Positions 47,896-56,948 are shown, counted from the stretch's first letter. The stretch: 62,806 bases of DNA from Pseudonocardia sp. (GCA_030451825.1 JAKDNL010000001.1:1-62806); one strand, 5' to 3'. A program made the numbers and translations. The notes: a model not told the origin generated them from the sequence alone.

Positions 47896-48028
47896 GTTCG
47901 TTCCTCCTGTGCGGCTGCCGCGCCCCACCCGCGAGGGGGAGCCGTCGTCCGGACGCGACTGCGGGACGCGGGCGCACGGAGGGATCCGTGTGCCGACGGT
48001 CACGTCCGGCGAGTCTCACATATAGGCG

Positions 48029-48047
48029 TTATCCTTGCAAGCATTAA
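48029..48047 (+). promoter_or_regulatory. Shared operator motif, copy 8
   Basis: TTATCCTTGCAAGCATTAA upstream of the SDR-Fd-P450-ligase-CoAT-P450 operon. Confidence 0.65.
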
Positions 48048-48131
48048 ATAGATAAGATCATCAGCCGTGGGTACGGCGGGGCGGGCGTGCGCCGGCAACC
48101 GCCTTCGCCGGCCCGACCAGGCCGGGATTCG

Positions 48132-48431
48132 TCAGTCCGAGGACGGCAGGTTCTTGGCCTTCTTGATCTCCAGCGGTTCGCCACCGACCCGGAGCAGCCC
48201 CGCACCGGCCTTCGTGCAGAGCAGCTCCATGCCCGAAGGCGGGTGCACGTAACGCTTCCCGACGACGGCGCCGGGGCCGTCCTCCCCCACCTCGGTGGTG
48301 GTCTCGGCCGGGAGCGGAGCCATCGGGGTCGAGCCGCAGGTCAGGTCGACCTCCGCGTCGGGCGCTCGCACGACGATGACCTCCGCCGTGCAGGCCGTGC
48401 TTCCCAGGCGCGTTCCGGTGGTCGGCTTCAT
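48132..48431 (-). CDS. Small hypothetical protein with two desulforedoxin/zinc-ribbon-like repeats
   Basis: GTRL...CTAEVIVVR...LTCGSTPM and GKRY...MELLCTKAGAG...GGEPL; purine-rich RBS; GC3-biased codons. Confidence 0.8.
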   Translation of the reverse strand: MKPTTGTRLGSTACTAEVIVVRAPDAEVDLTCGSTPMAPLPAETTTEVGEDGPGAVVGKRYVHPPSGMELLCTKAGAGLLRVGGEPLEIKKAKNLPSSD

Positions 48432-48509
48432 CAGATCTCTTCCCTGTCCTTCTGTCCGTCGGTCGTCCGTCCGGCATCTCCTCGATCGCGGAGCCGGGGA
48501 CGGCGGGTC

Positions 48510-49967
48510 CTACAGCGATATCTGCACGGTCTTCGGGTCGACGAACTCCCACACACCGCCCAACCCGCCCTGCTTGCCGTAGCCACTCTGCTTGCGCCCT
48601 CCGAAACCGATGTGCGGCCCGGCCGGGGCACCTCCGCCGTTCACACCGACATTGCCGGTGTCGAGCGCGGCAGCCACCCGGTGCGCGCGGGCGAGATCGT
48701 TGGTGAAGACGTAACCGGCCAGCCCGTACTCGGAGTCGTTGGCGATCGCGACCGCCTCGTCCTCGTCGTCGAAGCCCAGGACACCTACGACGGGGCCGAA
48801 GACCTCCTCCCGGGCCAGCTCGCTCGAGTTGTCCGGGAGCTCGACGACGGTGGGTGCGATGAAGTAGCCGCCGGCAAGATCGCCCCCGACCCGTTCTCCT
48901 CCGGTGATGACGTTCCCGTAGGCCCGGGACCGCTCGACCATTCCCAGGATCCGGTCCAGCGCGGACTGGTTGATGACCGGCCCCATACCGACATCCTCGG
49001 CGAACGGGTCTCCCTGCCGCACGCCGGCCAGCGCAGCCGCGAGCCTCTCCAGGAACTGATCGCGCACCGAGGAGTGCACCAGCAGTCGTGAGCCCAGGGT
49101 GCAGACCTGGCCGGAGTTCGCGGTCAGGGTCAGGGCGGAGGTGACTGCCCGGTCGATGTCGGCGTCGCCGAACACGACGCTCGCGGACTTGCCACCGAGC
49201 TCGAACACGCACGGGGTCAGTCGCTCCGCCGCTGCGGCGGCGATATGACGGGCCGTTGCGGGGCTACCGGTGAAGGTGATCTTGGAGATTCCGGGGTGCG
49301 CGACCAACGCCCGCGATGCCTCGACACCGGCGGTGACGACGTTGAGCACACCCGGCGGAATCCCCGCCTCGAGCGCGAGCTCAGTGGCCCGGATGGCACC
49401 GAACGGCGCGAGCTCCGAAGGCTTGGCGACGACCGTGCACCCGGCTGCGAGGGGAGCGCCGATCGTCATACCGAACGCCCCGGTCGAGCCGTTCCAGGTG
49501 GCCAGCGCGGCGACGACACCGACCGGTTCCACCGCGGTGTACTCCAGCACGCCACGAACCGAGAGCGGGCTGGTCTCGCCATGCAGACGGTCCGCCCAGC
49601 CGGCCGCCTCCTCGATCCAGTCGGCGCCCCAGTGCACCGCGTAGGGCGTGTGCGCGACCGGTCCACCCATCTCCAGGGACGCGATCGTCGCCAGCTCGTC
49701 GACGTGTTCGCGGAGCAGGTCGGCGAACCGGATGAGCGCCCGGCGCCGGTCGACGGGGTTCCAACGGCTCCACTGTGGCAGCGCGGCACGGGCGGCCGCG
49801 ACGGCCTGGTCGATCTCTGCCGGTCCCGCCATCGGGATCGCGGCCTGGACCTGGCCGGTTGCCGGGTTGACGTGCTCGTACGTTCCGCCCGACGCGACGT
49901 CGGGGTGGGCATCGCCGATGACGAGCCGGGTGGGCAGGACCGACGAGCGGTCGATGGTGCCGGTCAT
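48510..49967 (-). CDS. Aldehyde dehydrogenase
   Basis: TWN, KPSE, FTGS, FELGGKS, GQVC, EEVFGP, FGGRKQSGYG. Confidence 0.95.
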   Translation of the reverse strand: MTGTIDRSSVLPTRLVIGDAHPDVASGGTYEHVNPATGQVQAAIPMAGPAEIDQAVAAARAALPQWSRWNPVDRRRALIRFADLLREHVDELATIASLEMGGPVAHTPYAVHWGADWIEEAAGWADRLHGETSPLSVRGVLEYTAVEPVGVVAALATWNGSTGAFGMTIGAPLAAGCTVVAKPSELAPFGAIRATELALEAGIPPGVLNVVTAGVEASRALVAHPGISKITFTGSPATARHIAAAAAERLTPCVFELGGKSASVVFGDADIDRAVTSALTLTANSGQVCTLGSRLLVHSSVRDQFLERLAAALAGVRQGDPFAEDVGMGPVINQSALDRILGMVERSRAYGNVITGGERVGGDLAGGYFIAPTVVELPDNSSELAREEVFGPVVGVLGFDDEDEAVAIANDSEYGLAGYVFTNDLARAHRVAAALDTGNVGVNGGGAPAGPHIGFGGRKQSGYGKQGGLGGVWEFVDPKTVQISL

Positions 49968-50013
49968 GCTGCGCTCCTGGTGGCTGGGTGACGATCGAGG
50001 GGGCGGTGAAGGG

Positions 50014-51177
50014 CTACGCGAGCGGCTCAGTCGAGAAGAGCGCGACGCTGCTCAACTCGGAGATCGGCCCGCCGGCGACCAGGCACACACGCGCGTCCAG
50101 CACTCGGTTGTACGACTCCCCGCGCAACTGGCGGACGGCCTCGACCGCGTTGCCCATTCCGTGCAGGAAGCCTTCGGCGAGGTCACCTCCGCTTGTGTTG
50201 ATCGGCAGCGATCCGGACGGCGCGATGAGGTTCTCGTACGTGAGCACCTCCCCCGCGGTCTCGGGGGTGCAGAAGCCGAGGTCGATCAGCGCAGAGACGG
50301 GTGGCCCGGTGAAGTTCACGTAGAGCTGCACGACGTCGACGTCGGCCGGGGTGAGGCCGGTGCGCTTCCAGACACGGTGCGCCGGCGCGGCCTGCGACGA
50401 GGCGGCATAGGGCTCGTGGTTCTCGTCGAGCTCCCCCCATCGCGGCCCGAGCGCGCCGTAGGCGGAACCGAGCAGGTGGACCGGCTTGGCGGTGAGGTCA
50501 CGGGCCCGCTCCGCCGAGGTGAAGATGATCGCCGCGGCGGCGTCGTTCTCCCGGGAGGAGTCGAAGAGCCGGATCGGCTCGGCGATCAGTCGGGCGTTCT
50601 CGTAGGCCTCGTCGCTCAGCTGCACATCGCGACCGACGGCGTGCGGAGTACGGCTCGCGTGGTGGTAGCTAGCCTGGGCCACTGCCTTGAGCGCACTCGG
50701 TGGCACGCCGTCGGCCTCCAGGAGGCGCTGGGTGCGCAGGCCGAGTGCCTGGGCGGGGGCGTCGATCCCGTGGGCGCGGTACTGGACGCCGAAGACACCC
50801 TGGATCACCGCGGAACTGAGCCGGCCGCTGGTGGACTCGGCCGTGGCACGGTAGACCACGACGGTCTCCGCCTGACCGGAGAGGATCGCCGCCTCGGCCT
50901 GAGCGATCGCGCCGGCACTCCCCCCGCCGCCGCCGCCCCAGACGAGGCTGCTCCAGCGCAGCTCCTTGGTTCCGAGGGGGCCGGTGAGCCGCGGCCCGTC
51001 CTGCTGGTCGGCGCCGTAGGAGACGAACCCGTCGATGTCGGCGGGGTCGATCCCCGCCATCGCGGCGGCGTCGTCGATCGCCATGAGCAGCAGCTTGCGC
51101 TCGGTGTGCGGCGAGGTACCTCGTTTGTAGTAGGGCGTGGTCCCGTAGCCGACCGCCGCAACCTGCCGCGGCGTCAT
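50014..51177 (-). CDS. Ltp/SCP-x-type thiolase-fold protein (aldolase-like)
   Basis: AAVGYG, DIDG, WGGGGGGS (no Cys), ENDAAAA, QLYVNFT, PINTSGGDLAEGFLHG, EAVRQLRG. Confidence 0.88.
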   Translation of the reverse strand: MTPRQVAAVGYGTTPYYKRGTSPHTERKLLLMAIDDAAAMAGIDPADIDGFVSYGADQQDGPRLTGPLGTKELRWSSLVWGGGGGGSAGAIAQAEAAILSGQAETVVVYRATAESTSGRLSSAVIQGVFGVQYRAHGIDAPAQALGLRTQRLLEADGVPPSALKAVAQASYHHASRTPHAVGRDVQLSDEAYENARLIAEPIRLFDSSRENDAAAAIIFTSAERARDLTAKPVHLLGSAYGALGPRWGELDENHEPYAASSQAAPAHRVWKRTGLTPADVDVVQLYVNFTGPPVSALIDLGFCTPETAGEVLTYENLIAPSGSLPINTSGGDLAEGFLHGMGNAVEAVRQLRGESYNRVLDARVCLVAGGPISELSSVALFSTEPLA

Positions 51178-51611
51178 GCCGCTACCCCTTCGTCGATCGA
51201 CCAGGTCAGCACCGGCAGATCCGCGGTGCGCGGCGAGGCCGGCTGGAACGCGCCGGTCAGCGGCGCGCCGATGCGTACGCCGCTCTCGTCCCCGGTGAGC
51301 AGGCCCATGATCCGGGCGTTCCCCGCCTGCGGCAGCTCGACCAGGACGTTCACGTAGGGGACGAGATCGGCGTATGCGGCCACGAACGGCAGGTGGCTGC
51401 GGATCCACGAGTAGACCCGGCCCACCGGCTCGACCTGTTCCCAGCGAAAGTCGTAACCACCGCATGCGGGACAACGCCAATCCGCCGGCCAGCTCCACCG
51501 CTCGCACCGCTGGCAGCGCTGGATCCGCAGCTCACCGGCACCGAGACCATCCCAGTACGGACTGTCGACCCGCCCCTCGAAGGGGTGGACCTCGTCCCGT
51601 TCGTTCGTCAT
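51174..51611 (-). CDS. DUF35 Zn-ribbon/OB-fold protein
   Basis: PYWDG...LRIQRCQRC...WRCPACG...GRVYSW...PYVNVLVEL. Confidence 0.9.
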   Translation of the reverse strand: MTNERDEVHPFEGRVDSPYWDGLGAGELRIQRCQRCERWSWPADWRCPACGGYDFRWEQVEPVGRVYSWIRSHLPFVAAYADLVPYVNVLVELPQAGNARIMGLLTGDESGVRIGAPLTGAFQPASPRTADLPVLTWSIDEGVAA

Positions 51612-51662
51612 CGTCAGCCTCGTCGATGTCGGTTCCGCCCTCGCTCGCACGAGGCATGCTCA

Positions 51663-51681
51663 TAAAAGTTTATAAAGCTTG
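51663..51681 (-). promoter_or_regulatory. Shared operator motif, copy 9
   Basis: Minus strand CAAGCTTTATAAACTTTTA upstream of DUF35-Ltp-ALDH. Confidence 0.65.
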
Positions 51682-51830
51682 ATAGGTCAAGGCGGACGTG
51701 GTCCCGACACCGAGGCTGTGCCGGGGTCCGCTCCGGGGCAGTTCGTGGTCCGAGCCTCGGAGCCGTCGAGAGGAGACTCCGGATCAAGCAGCCGACCGCT
51801 TTGATCTCCGGTGCTTTGCGGGAACCGTCC

Positions 51831-52619
51831 TCAGCGGCGGTCGGCGACCACCGCCAGTGCCGCAGTGATGCCGCCGTCGACGGGTATGACGTGGCCGGTC
51901 ATGTAGCGGGCGCGGTCGGAGGCGAGGAAGGCCACAAGGCCGGACACATCCTGTGGTGTGCCCAGATAGGTCGTGGCGCTGTTGCGGATGTAGGCCGCGC
52001 GGTAGTCATCGGGCATGTAGGCATCGACGTTGCGGGTCAGGATCGTGGCCGGAGCGACCGCGTTGCATCGGATGCCCTGCTTGCCGTACTGAACGGCGAC
52101 GAGCCGGGTCAGCTCGATCACTGCGGCCTTCGACATCGCGTAGGCGCTGAGTGCGACGTCCGCGGTCATGCCGGCCACGGATGCCATGTTGATGATGCTC
52201 CCGCCGCCGTTGTCCAGCATCACGGGAATCACGTACTTGCAGCACAGGAACGGCGCGACCAGGTTTCCCTGCAGGGTCCGGGTGAGGATCTCCGGATCGA
52301 GCGAGGCGACGTCGGGGTCCTGGGCGGTCAGCTCGAGTGAGGCCGCGTTGTTGTCCAGGACATCGATACGCCCGAACCGCGACGTGACCTGCTCGACCAG
52401 GGCTCGGACCTGTTCCTCCTCCCGGACGTCGGTCACGATCGCGTGCGCCTGACCGCCCGCCTCGCGGATCTCCTTCTCCACCAGGGCGGAGCGTTCGGCG
52501 TCGATGTCGGCGATCACGACGATCGCGCCGTTGCCGGCCAGTTCGTGGGCGACCGCTTCGCCCATGCCGTTCGCGCCGCCGGTGACGACGGCGACCTTGC
52601 CCGTGAGTTCCAGCTCCAT
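51831..52619 (-). CDS. SDR-family oxidoreductase
   Basis: TGGANGMG, LDNNAA, YAMSK, IRCNAVAP, TGHVIPVDGG; real start MELEL at 52619. Confidence 0.92.
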   Translation of the reverse strand: MELELTGKVAVVTGGANGMGEAVAHELAGNGAIVVIADIDAERSALVEKEIREAGGQAHAIVTDVREEEQVRALVEQVTSRFGRIDVLDNNAASLELTAQDPDVASLDPEILTRTLQGNLVAPFLCCKYVIPVMLDNGGGSIINMASVAGMTADVALSAYAMSKAAVIELTRLVAVQYGKQGIRCNAVAPATILTRNVDAYMPDDYRAAYIRNSATTYLGTPQDVSGLVAFLASDRARYMTGHVIPVDGGITAALAVVADRR

Positions 52620-52645
52620 TGCAGAATTCCTTCCGAGGGGGACGC

Positions 52646-53806
52646 TCAGAACGAGCGCGGCATCTTGAGCACGTGCTGACCGACGTAGGAGAGGATGAGG
52701 TTGGTCGACACCGGCGCGATCTGGTAGAGCCGCGTCTCGCGGAACTTGCGCTCGATGTCGTACTCCTCGGCCATCCCGTAGCCGCCGTGGAACTGCAGCG
52801 CCGCGTTCGCGGCCTCCCAGGACGCCTCGGAGGCGAGGAGCTTGGCCATGTTCGCCTCGGCGCCACAGTCCTCGCCGGCGTCGAACAGGTCGCACGCGCG
52901 CCAGCGCATCAGGTCCGCGGCTTCGATGTCGATGTGCGCGCGGGCGATCGGGAACTGCACGCCCTGGTTGGCCCCGATCGGGCGGCCGAAGACCTCCCGT
53001 TCGCAGACGTAGCGCCGGGTGCGTTCGATGAACCAGCGGCCGTCGCCGATGCACTCGGAGGCAACCAGGATCCGTTCGGCGTTCATCCCGTCGAGGATGT
53101 GGCGCAGACCACTGCCCTCCTCGCCGATCAGCGAGGACGCGGGTATCCGGACATCGTCGAAGTACACCTCGTTGGTCTCGTGGTTGACCATCGTGCGGAT
53201 CGGGTTGGCGGAGAATCCCTCGAGCTCGCGGATGTCGATCAGGAACACCGACAACCCGTCCGAGCGCCGCTCGACCTCGTCTTTCGGGGTCGTCCGTGCG
53301 AGCAGCATCATCAGGTCCGAGTGCTGGACGCGCGAGATGAACACCTTCTGCCCGTTGACGACGTAGGAGTCGCCGTCGCGTACCGCCCGGGTCGTGATGT
53401 TCGTGGTGTCGGTTCCCGCGGTCGGTTCGGTGATGCCGAAGGCCTGGAGCCGGAGCGTGCCGTCGGCGAGGCGGGACAGGTAGGTGCGCTTCTGCTCCTC
53501 GCTGCCGTGCCGCAGCAGCGCGCCCATCGTGTAGAGCTGGGCGTGCACCGGTCCGGCGCTGGCGCCGTTGGCGTGGATCTGCTCGAGGATCACCGACGCG
53601 TCTCCGAGGCCCAGGCCAAGGCCGCCGTACTCCTCCGGTACGAGTGCGCCCAGGCAGCCGGTCTCGGTGAGTGCCTGCACGAACTTCTCGGGGTAGCGAC
53701 GTTCGCGGTCGAGCTCGCGCCAGTAGGGATCCGGGAAGTCGGCACAGATCCGGTCGACAGTGCCGCGCAGGTCGCGGCGCAGTTCGGACTCCTGTTTCGG
53801 GGTCAT
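52646..53806 (-). CDS. Acyl-CoA dehydrogenase (methylsuccinyl-CoA dehydrogenase-like context)
   Basis: PEEYGG, RLQAFGITEPTAGTDTT, GQKVFISR, NAERILVASE, QFHGGYG, YQIAPVSTNLILSY. Confidence 0.93.
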   Translation of the reverse strand: MTPKQESELRRDLRGTVDRICADFPDPYWRELDRERRYPEKFVQALTETGCLGALVPEEYGGLGLGLGDASVILEQIHANGASAGPVHAQLYTMGALLRHGSEEQKRTYLSRLADGTLRLQAFGITEPTAGTDTTNITTRAVRDGDSYVVNGQKVFISRVQHSDLMMLLARTTPKDEVERRSDGLSVFLIDIRELEGFSANPIRTMVNHETNEVYFDDVRIPASSLIGEEGSGLRHILDGMNAERILVASECIGDGRWFIERTRRYVCEREVFGRPIGANQGVQFPIARAHIDIEAADLMRWRACDLFDAGEDCGAEANMAKLLASEASWEAANAALQFHGGYGMAEEYDIERKFRETRLYQIAPVSTNLILSYVGQHVLKMPRSF

Positions 53807-54309
53807 GCCTGGTCCGCCTTCGCACTCTGCTCGAAGCGGGGGCCGTGTCCCCGCCGGTACACCATCGCCGTGCGTTCGTAGGAGATGACGAGGTCACCGT
53901 CCTGGTTGAAGCCCTCGGTCCGCACGGTGACGATTCCCAGGTAGGGCCGCGAACCGGACTCGCGCAGCCCCAGCACGGTGCTGCGGGAGTGGATCGTGTC
54001 GCCCTCGAACACCGGGTGCGGCAACACGATGTCGGTCCAACCGAGGTTGGCGTAGACGTTCTGGGAGATGTCGGTGACGCTCTGCCCGGCGACCAGCGAG
54101 AGCGTCAGGCACGAGTTGACCAGTGGTTTCCCGAAGTCGGTGCGCTTGGCGTACTCGTGGTCGAAGTGGGTCGGGGCGGTGTTCTGGGTCAGAAGCGTGA
54201 ACCAGATGTTGTCCGTCGTGGTGAGGGTCCGGCCGAGCGGGTGCTCGTAGACGTCGCCCTCGACGAAGTCCTCGAAGTAGCGCCCGTGCCAGCCGCGATG
54301 CGTGGCCAT
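53803..54309 (-). CDS. MaoC-family dehydratase (RipB/itaconyl-CoA hydratase-like)
   Basis: GRYFEDF...GRTLTTTDNIWFTLLTQNTAPTHFD...FGKPLVNS...ANLGW...PVFEGDT. Confidence 0.9.
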   Translation of the reverse strand: MATHRGWHGRYFEDFVEGDVYEHPLGRTLTTTDNIWFTLLTQNTAPTHFDHEYAKRTDFGKPLVNSCLTLSLVAGQSVTDISQNVYANLGWTDIVLPHPVFEGDTIHSRSTVLGLRESGSRPYLGIVTVRTEGFNQDGDLVISYERTAMVYRRGHGPRFEQSAKADQA

Positions 54310-54311
54310 GT

Positions 54312-55493
54312 TCAGTCCCTGTCGTTGGGTCGGGGTTCGTTCGGTCGGCTGCCGTCGAGGTCGAGACCCAGCCAGTCGTGGACCGCGCGGGTGTGCTCTC
54401 CGAGCGCGGGGACGTTCCCGTATCGCTCCACACCCGGCGGTGCCCACGGCGGCAGCACCGTCGGCACGGGCCCCGCCTCGGTCCCGATCTGCGTCCACCG
54501 GCCCGCGAGCTGCTCGTGCTCGGGCAGCCGCTCGATGGGGTTGAGCCGGCCCGAGGCGATGTCGGCGGCATCGAGCCGCTTGAGGACCGTCTCCCGGTCC
54601 AGGTACTCCAGCTTGTCCGAGATGACGGCGTCGAGCTCGCGCCGGTGGGCGACGCGGAGTTCCTGGGAACCGAAGCGAGGGTCCTCGGCGAGCTCGGGAA
54701 CGCGGAGCACGTCGGCGCAGAAGCGGACCCATTCCCGCTCGTTCTGGACCGCGAGCAGGACCTGGCTGCCGTCGCCCACGGTGACCGGGCCGTACGGGGC
54801 GATCGTGGCGTGGCCCGAGCCCATCCGTTTCGGGGCGACGCCGCCGTGTGCGGTGTAGTACATCGGGTAGAGCAGCCACTCGGTGAGCGAATCGAACAGT
54901 GAGACGTCCACCGGGACGACCTGCCCGGTCCGGGAGCGGTGATGGATCGCTGCGAGGACGCTCGCGTAGGCGTACATGCCCGCCGAGATGTCGGCGATCG
55001 AGATGCCCACCTTGGCGGGCGAGTCCTCCTCGCCGGTCAGGGAGATCATCCCTGTCTCGCCCTGAACGAGCAGGTCGTAGGCCTTCGCATCGGCCATCGG
55101 GCCACGCGTGCCGTAGCCCGATACCGAACCGGCGATGAGGCCGGGGAACCGGGCCGACAGGCTCGCCGAGTCGATCCCACGACGCAGGGCCGCCGCCGGT
55201 GAGATGTTGTGGAGGAAGACGTCCGCCCGCGCCAGCAGCGCGTCGAGCAGCCGCAGGCCCGCCTCGGACGTCACGTCGAGCTCCACCGACTCCTTGCCCC
55301 GGTTCAGCCAGAGGAAGGCGCTGGACAGCCCGCCGACCTTGCCGTCGTAACCGCGGGCGAAGTCGCCGGTGCCCGGGCGTTCCAGTTTGATCACCCGTGC
55401 GCCGAGGTCGGCGAGCTGCCGCGTCGCGAAGGGCACCGCGACCGCCTGCTCCAACGCGACGACCACGATCCCGTCGAGGGGCGCCGGGCTCAT
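54312..55493 (-). CDS. Family III CoA-transferase (CaiB/BaiF; Ict-like)
   Basis: PLDGIVVVALEQAVAVPFATRQLADLGARVIKLERPGTGDFARGYD, KAYDLLVQ, SIADISAGMYAY. Confidence 0.93.
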   Translation of the reverse strand: MSPAPLDGIVVVALEQAVAVPFATRQLADLGARVIKLERPGTGDFARGYDGKVGGLSSAFLWLNRGKESVELDVTSEAGLRLLDALLARADVFLHNISPAAALRRGIDSASLSARFPGLIAGSVSGYGTRGPMADAKAYDLLVQGETGMISLTGEEDSPAKVGISIADISAGMYAYASVLAAIHHRSRTGQVVPVDVSLFDSLTEWLLYPMYYTAHGGVAPKRMGSGHATIAPYGPVTVGDGSQVLLAVQNEREWVRFCADVLRVPELAEDPRFGSQELRVAHRRELDAVISDKLEYLDRETVLKRLDAADIASGRLNPIERLPEHEQLAGRWTQIGTEAGPVPTVLPPWAPPGVERYGNVPALGEHTRAVHDWLGLDLDGSRPNEPRPNDRD

Positions 55494-56824
55494 CTCCCGG
55501 CCCCGGTCGCCGCCGCCAGGGCGATCCGGCTCGCCAGCTCCGCGACGGAGGGCCGGTCGCGCAGCCGACGCAGGTCGTGGAACAGCCGTGGGTCGGCTGC
55601 GGGGGCGCAGTCTGCGAACTTGGCCTCCAGAGCGGCCTCGTCGACCGGGCGTGACGCGTGCCCCAAGGGCCGGTCGACGGCAGCTACGTGCTCGCGGCCA
55701 TCCGCGTCGCGGGCCGTGACCCGGGCGAACGACCCGACGGCGGCAACGTCGGCGCCGGGCTCCTCGCGCGCGCGGACCTGCGGGAGGAGGTCCTGGACGT
55801 CCCGGGCTCCCACCCGGTCCTCGGCGAACGACGCCAGCCCGAGACGGCCACGCAGCAGCGCCTCGGCCACGACGTATTCCATGCTGAACTTGGCCTGCGC
55901 GCCGGTGACCGGCCGGTGGTGCACGAGCGGGGCGAGCCCTCCACCGGGCACGGCCACCTCGATCTCGGTCAGCGCGCGCGGGTCGTCGACCTCCCGGGAC
56001 AGAGCGAGCGCGGCCTCGGCCGCCGAGTGCGTCGCGTAGCAGCAGGGGAACAGTTTGACGTTCACCGCGATCGGAAGCTCGGGGTCGGCCGTGACGCCCG
56101 ACGGGCCGTCCGAGTGCAGGGCCAGGAACCCCAGCGGCCCGTCCATCTGCTGGGGGTCGGAGGTGAATCCGCCCGCCGCCAACCGCGCCGCCAGGATGCC
56201 GTGGGCAGCTGCGGTTCCGGCGTGCAGCGGCTTGGTCATGGTGCCGAAGTTCTGCCTGCTCCCGGCCGCCAAAGATCCCGCCACTCCGAGCGCACGTCGC
56301 ACGGCGTCGTCGTCGAGCTGCTGCAGGCGCGCGATCGCGGCCGTGGCCGCGACCGTGCCGATGGTGCCGGTGGAGTGCCAGCCCAATGCGTAATGCCCGG
56401 TGACCCCGAGAGCTCCGGCCACAATCCGCCCGGCCAGGAGACCGAGCGCGTAGGCATCGAGGATCGCAGCCCCCGTCACATCCGGATTCTGACCGGCCGC
56501 GAGGAGAGCGGGCACCAGGACGGCGCTGGGATGGGCGATCAGGGCGTCGTCGACGTCGTCGAAGTCCAGGGCGTGCGCAGCGGTGCCGTCCACCAGGGCC
56601 GCGGACCGAGCGGCCAGCATCCGGCCGGTGGAGAGCGAGCGCACCGGGCCGCCCTCCTCGTCGAGCGTGCCGGCCACGATCTCGACGGCCGGGTCGGCCG
56701 CCCCCGTGAGCAGGACGCCGACCGTGTCGACCGCCGCCCGTTCACCCAGGTGCAACCAGGCGTCGGCCGGAGGGGCCCCACGGCAGACCAGGTCGACGAG
56801 GGACTGCGTGAGAGCCGTCATCAC
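55490..56824 (-). CDS. MmgE/PrpD-family protein
   Basis: AHALDFDD...HPS, GWHSTG, NFGTMTKPLHAG, KLFPCCYATH, AKFSMEY. Confidence 0.93.
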   Translation of the reverse strand: MMTALTQSLVDLVCRGAPPADAWLHLGERAAVDTVGVLLTGAADPAVEIVAGTLDEEGGPVRSLSTGRMLAARSAALVDGTAAHALDFDDVDDALIAHPSAVLVPALLAAGQNPDVTGAAILDAYALGLLAGRIVAGALGVTGHYALGWHSTGTIGTVAATAAIARLQQLDDDAVRRALGVAGSLAAGSRQNFGTMTKPLHAGTAAAHGILAARLAAGGFTSDPQQMDGPLGFLALHSDGPSGVTADPELPIAVNVKLFPCCYATHSAAEAALALSREVDDPRALTEIEVAVPGGGLAPLVHHRPVTGAQAKFSMEYVVAEALLRGRLGLASFAEDRVGARDVQDLLPQVRAREEPGADVAAVGSFARVTARDADGREHVAAVDRPLGHASRPVDEAALEAKFADCAPAADPRLFHDLRRLRDRPSVAELASRIALAAATGAGR

Positions 56825-56832
56825 GCCATCAC

Positions 56833-56948
56833 GTTCCGCACATCGGTACGCCGTTCCACTGCCTCAGTGTGGAAGTCCGATTCGGCGGTGTCAACCGGAC
56901 CCCGCGACACTGGACGCAGCCGAGGAACCCCGTTCCGCGGTACGGCAC
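56833..56948. promoter_or_regulatory. Two candidate IclR operators
   Basis: GTTCCG-cacat-CGGTAC (56833-56849) and GTTCCG-cggta-CGGCAC (56932-56948). Confidence 0.6.

Noticed and set aside
18608-51611. Canonical cholesterol/bile-acid cluster or a biosynthetic gene cluster
   Set aside because: No kstD, kshA, hsa, mce or KstR genes, and no PKS, NRPS, carrier protein or RiPP precursor seen; importers and oxidative enzymes point to catabolism.
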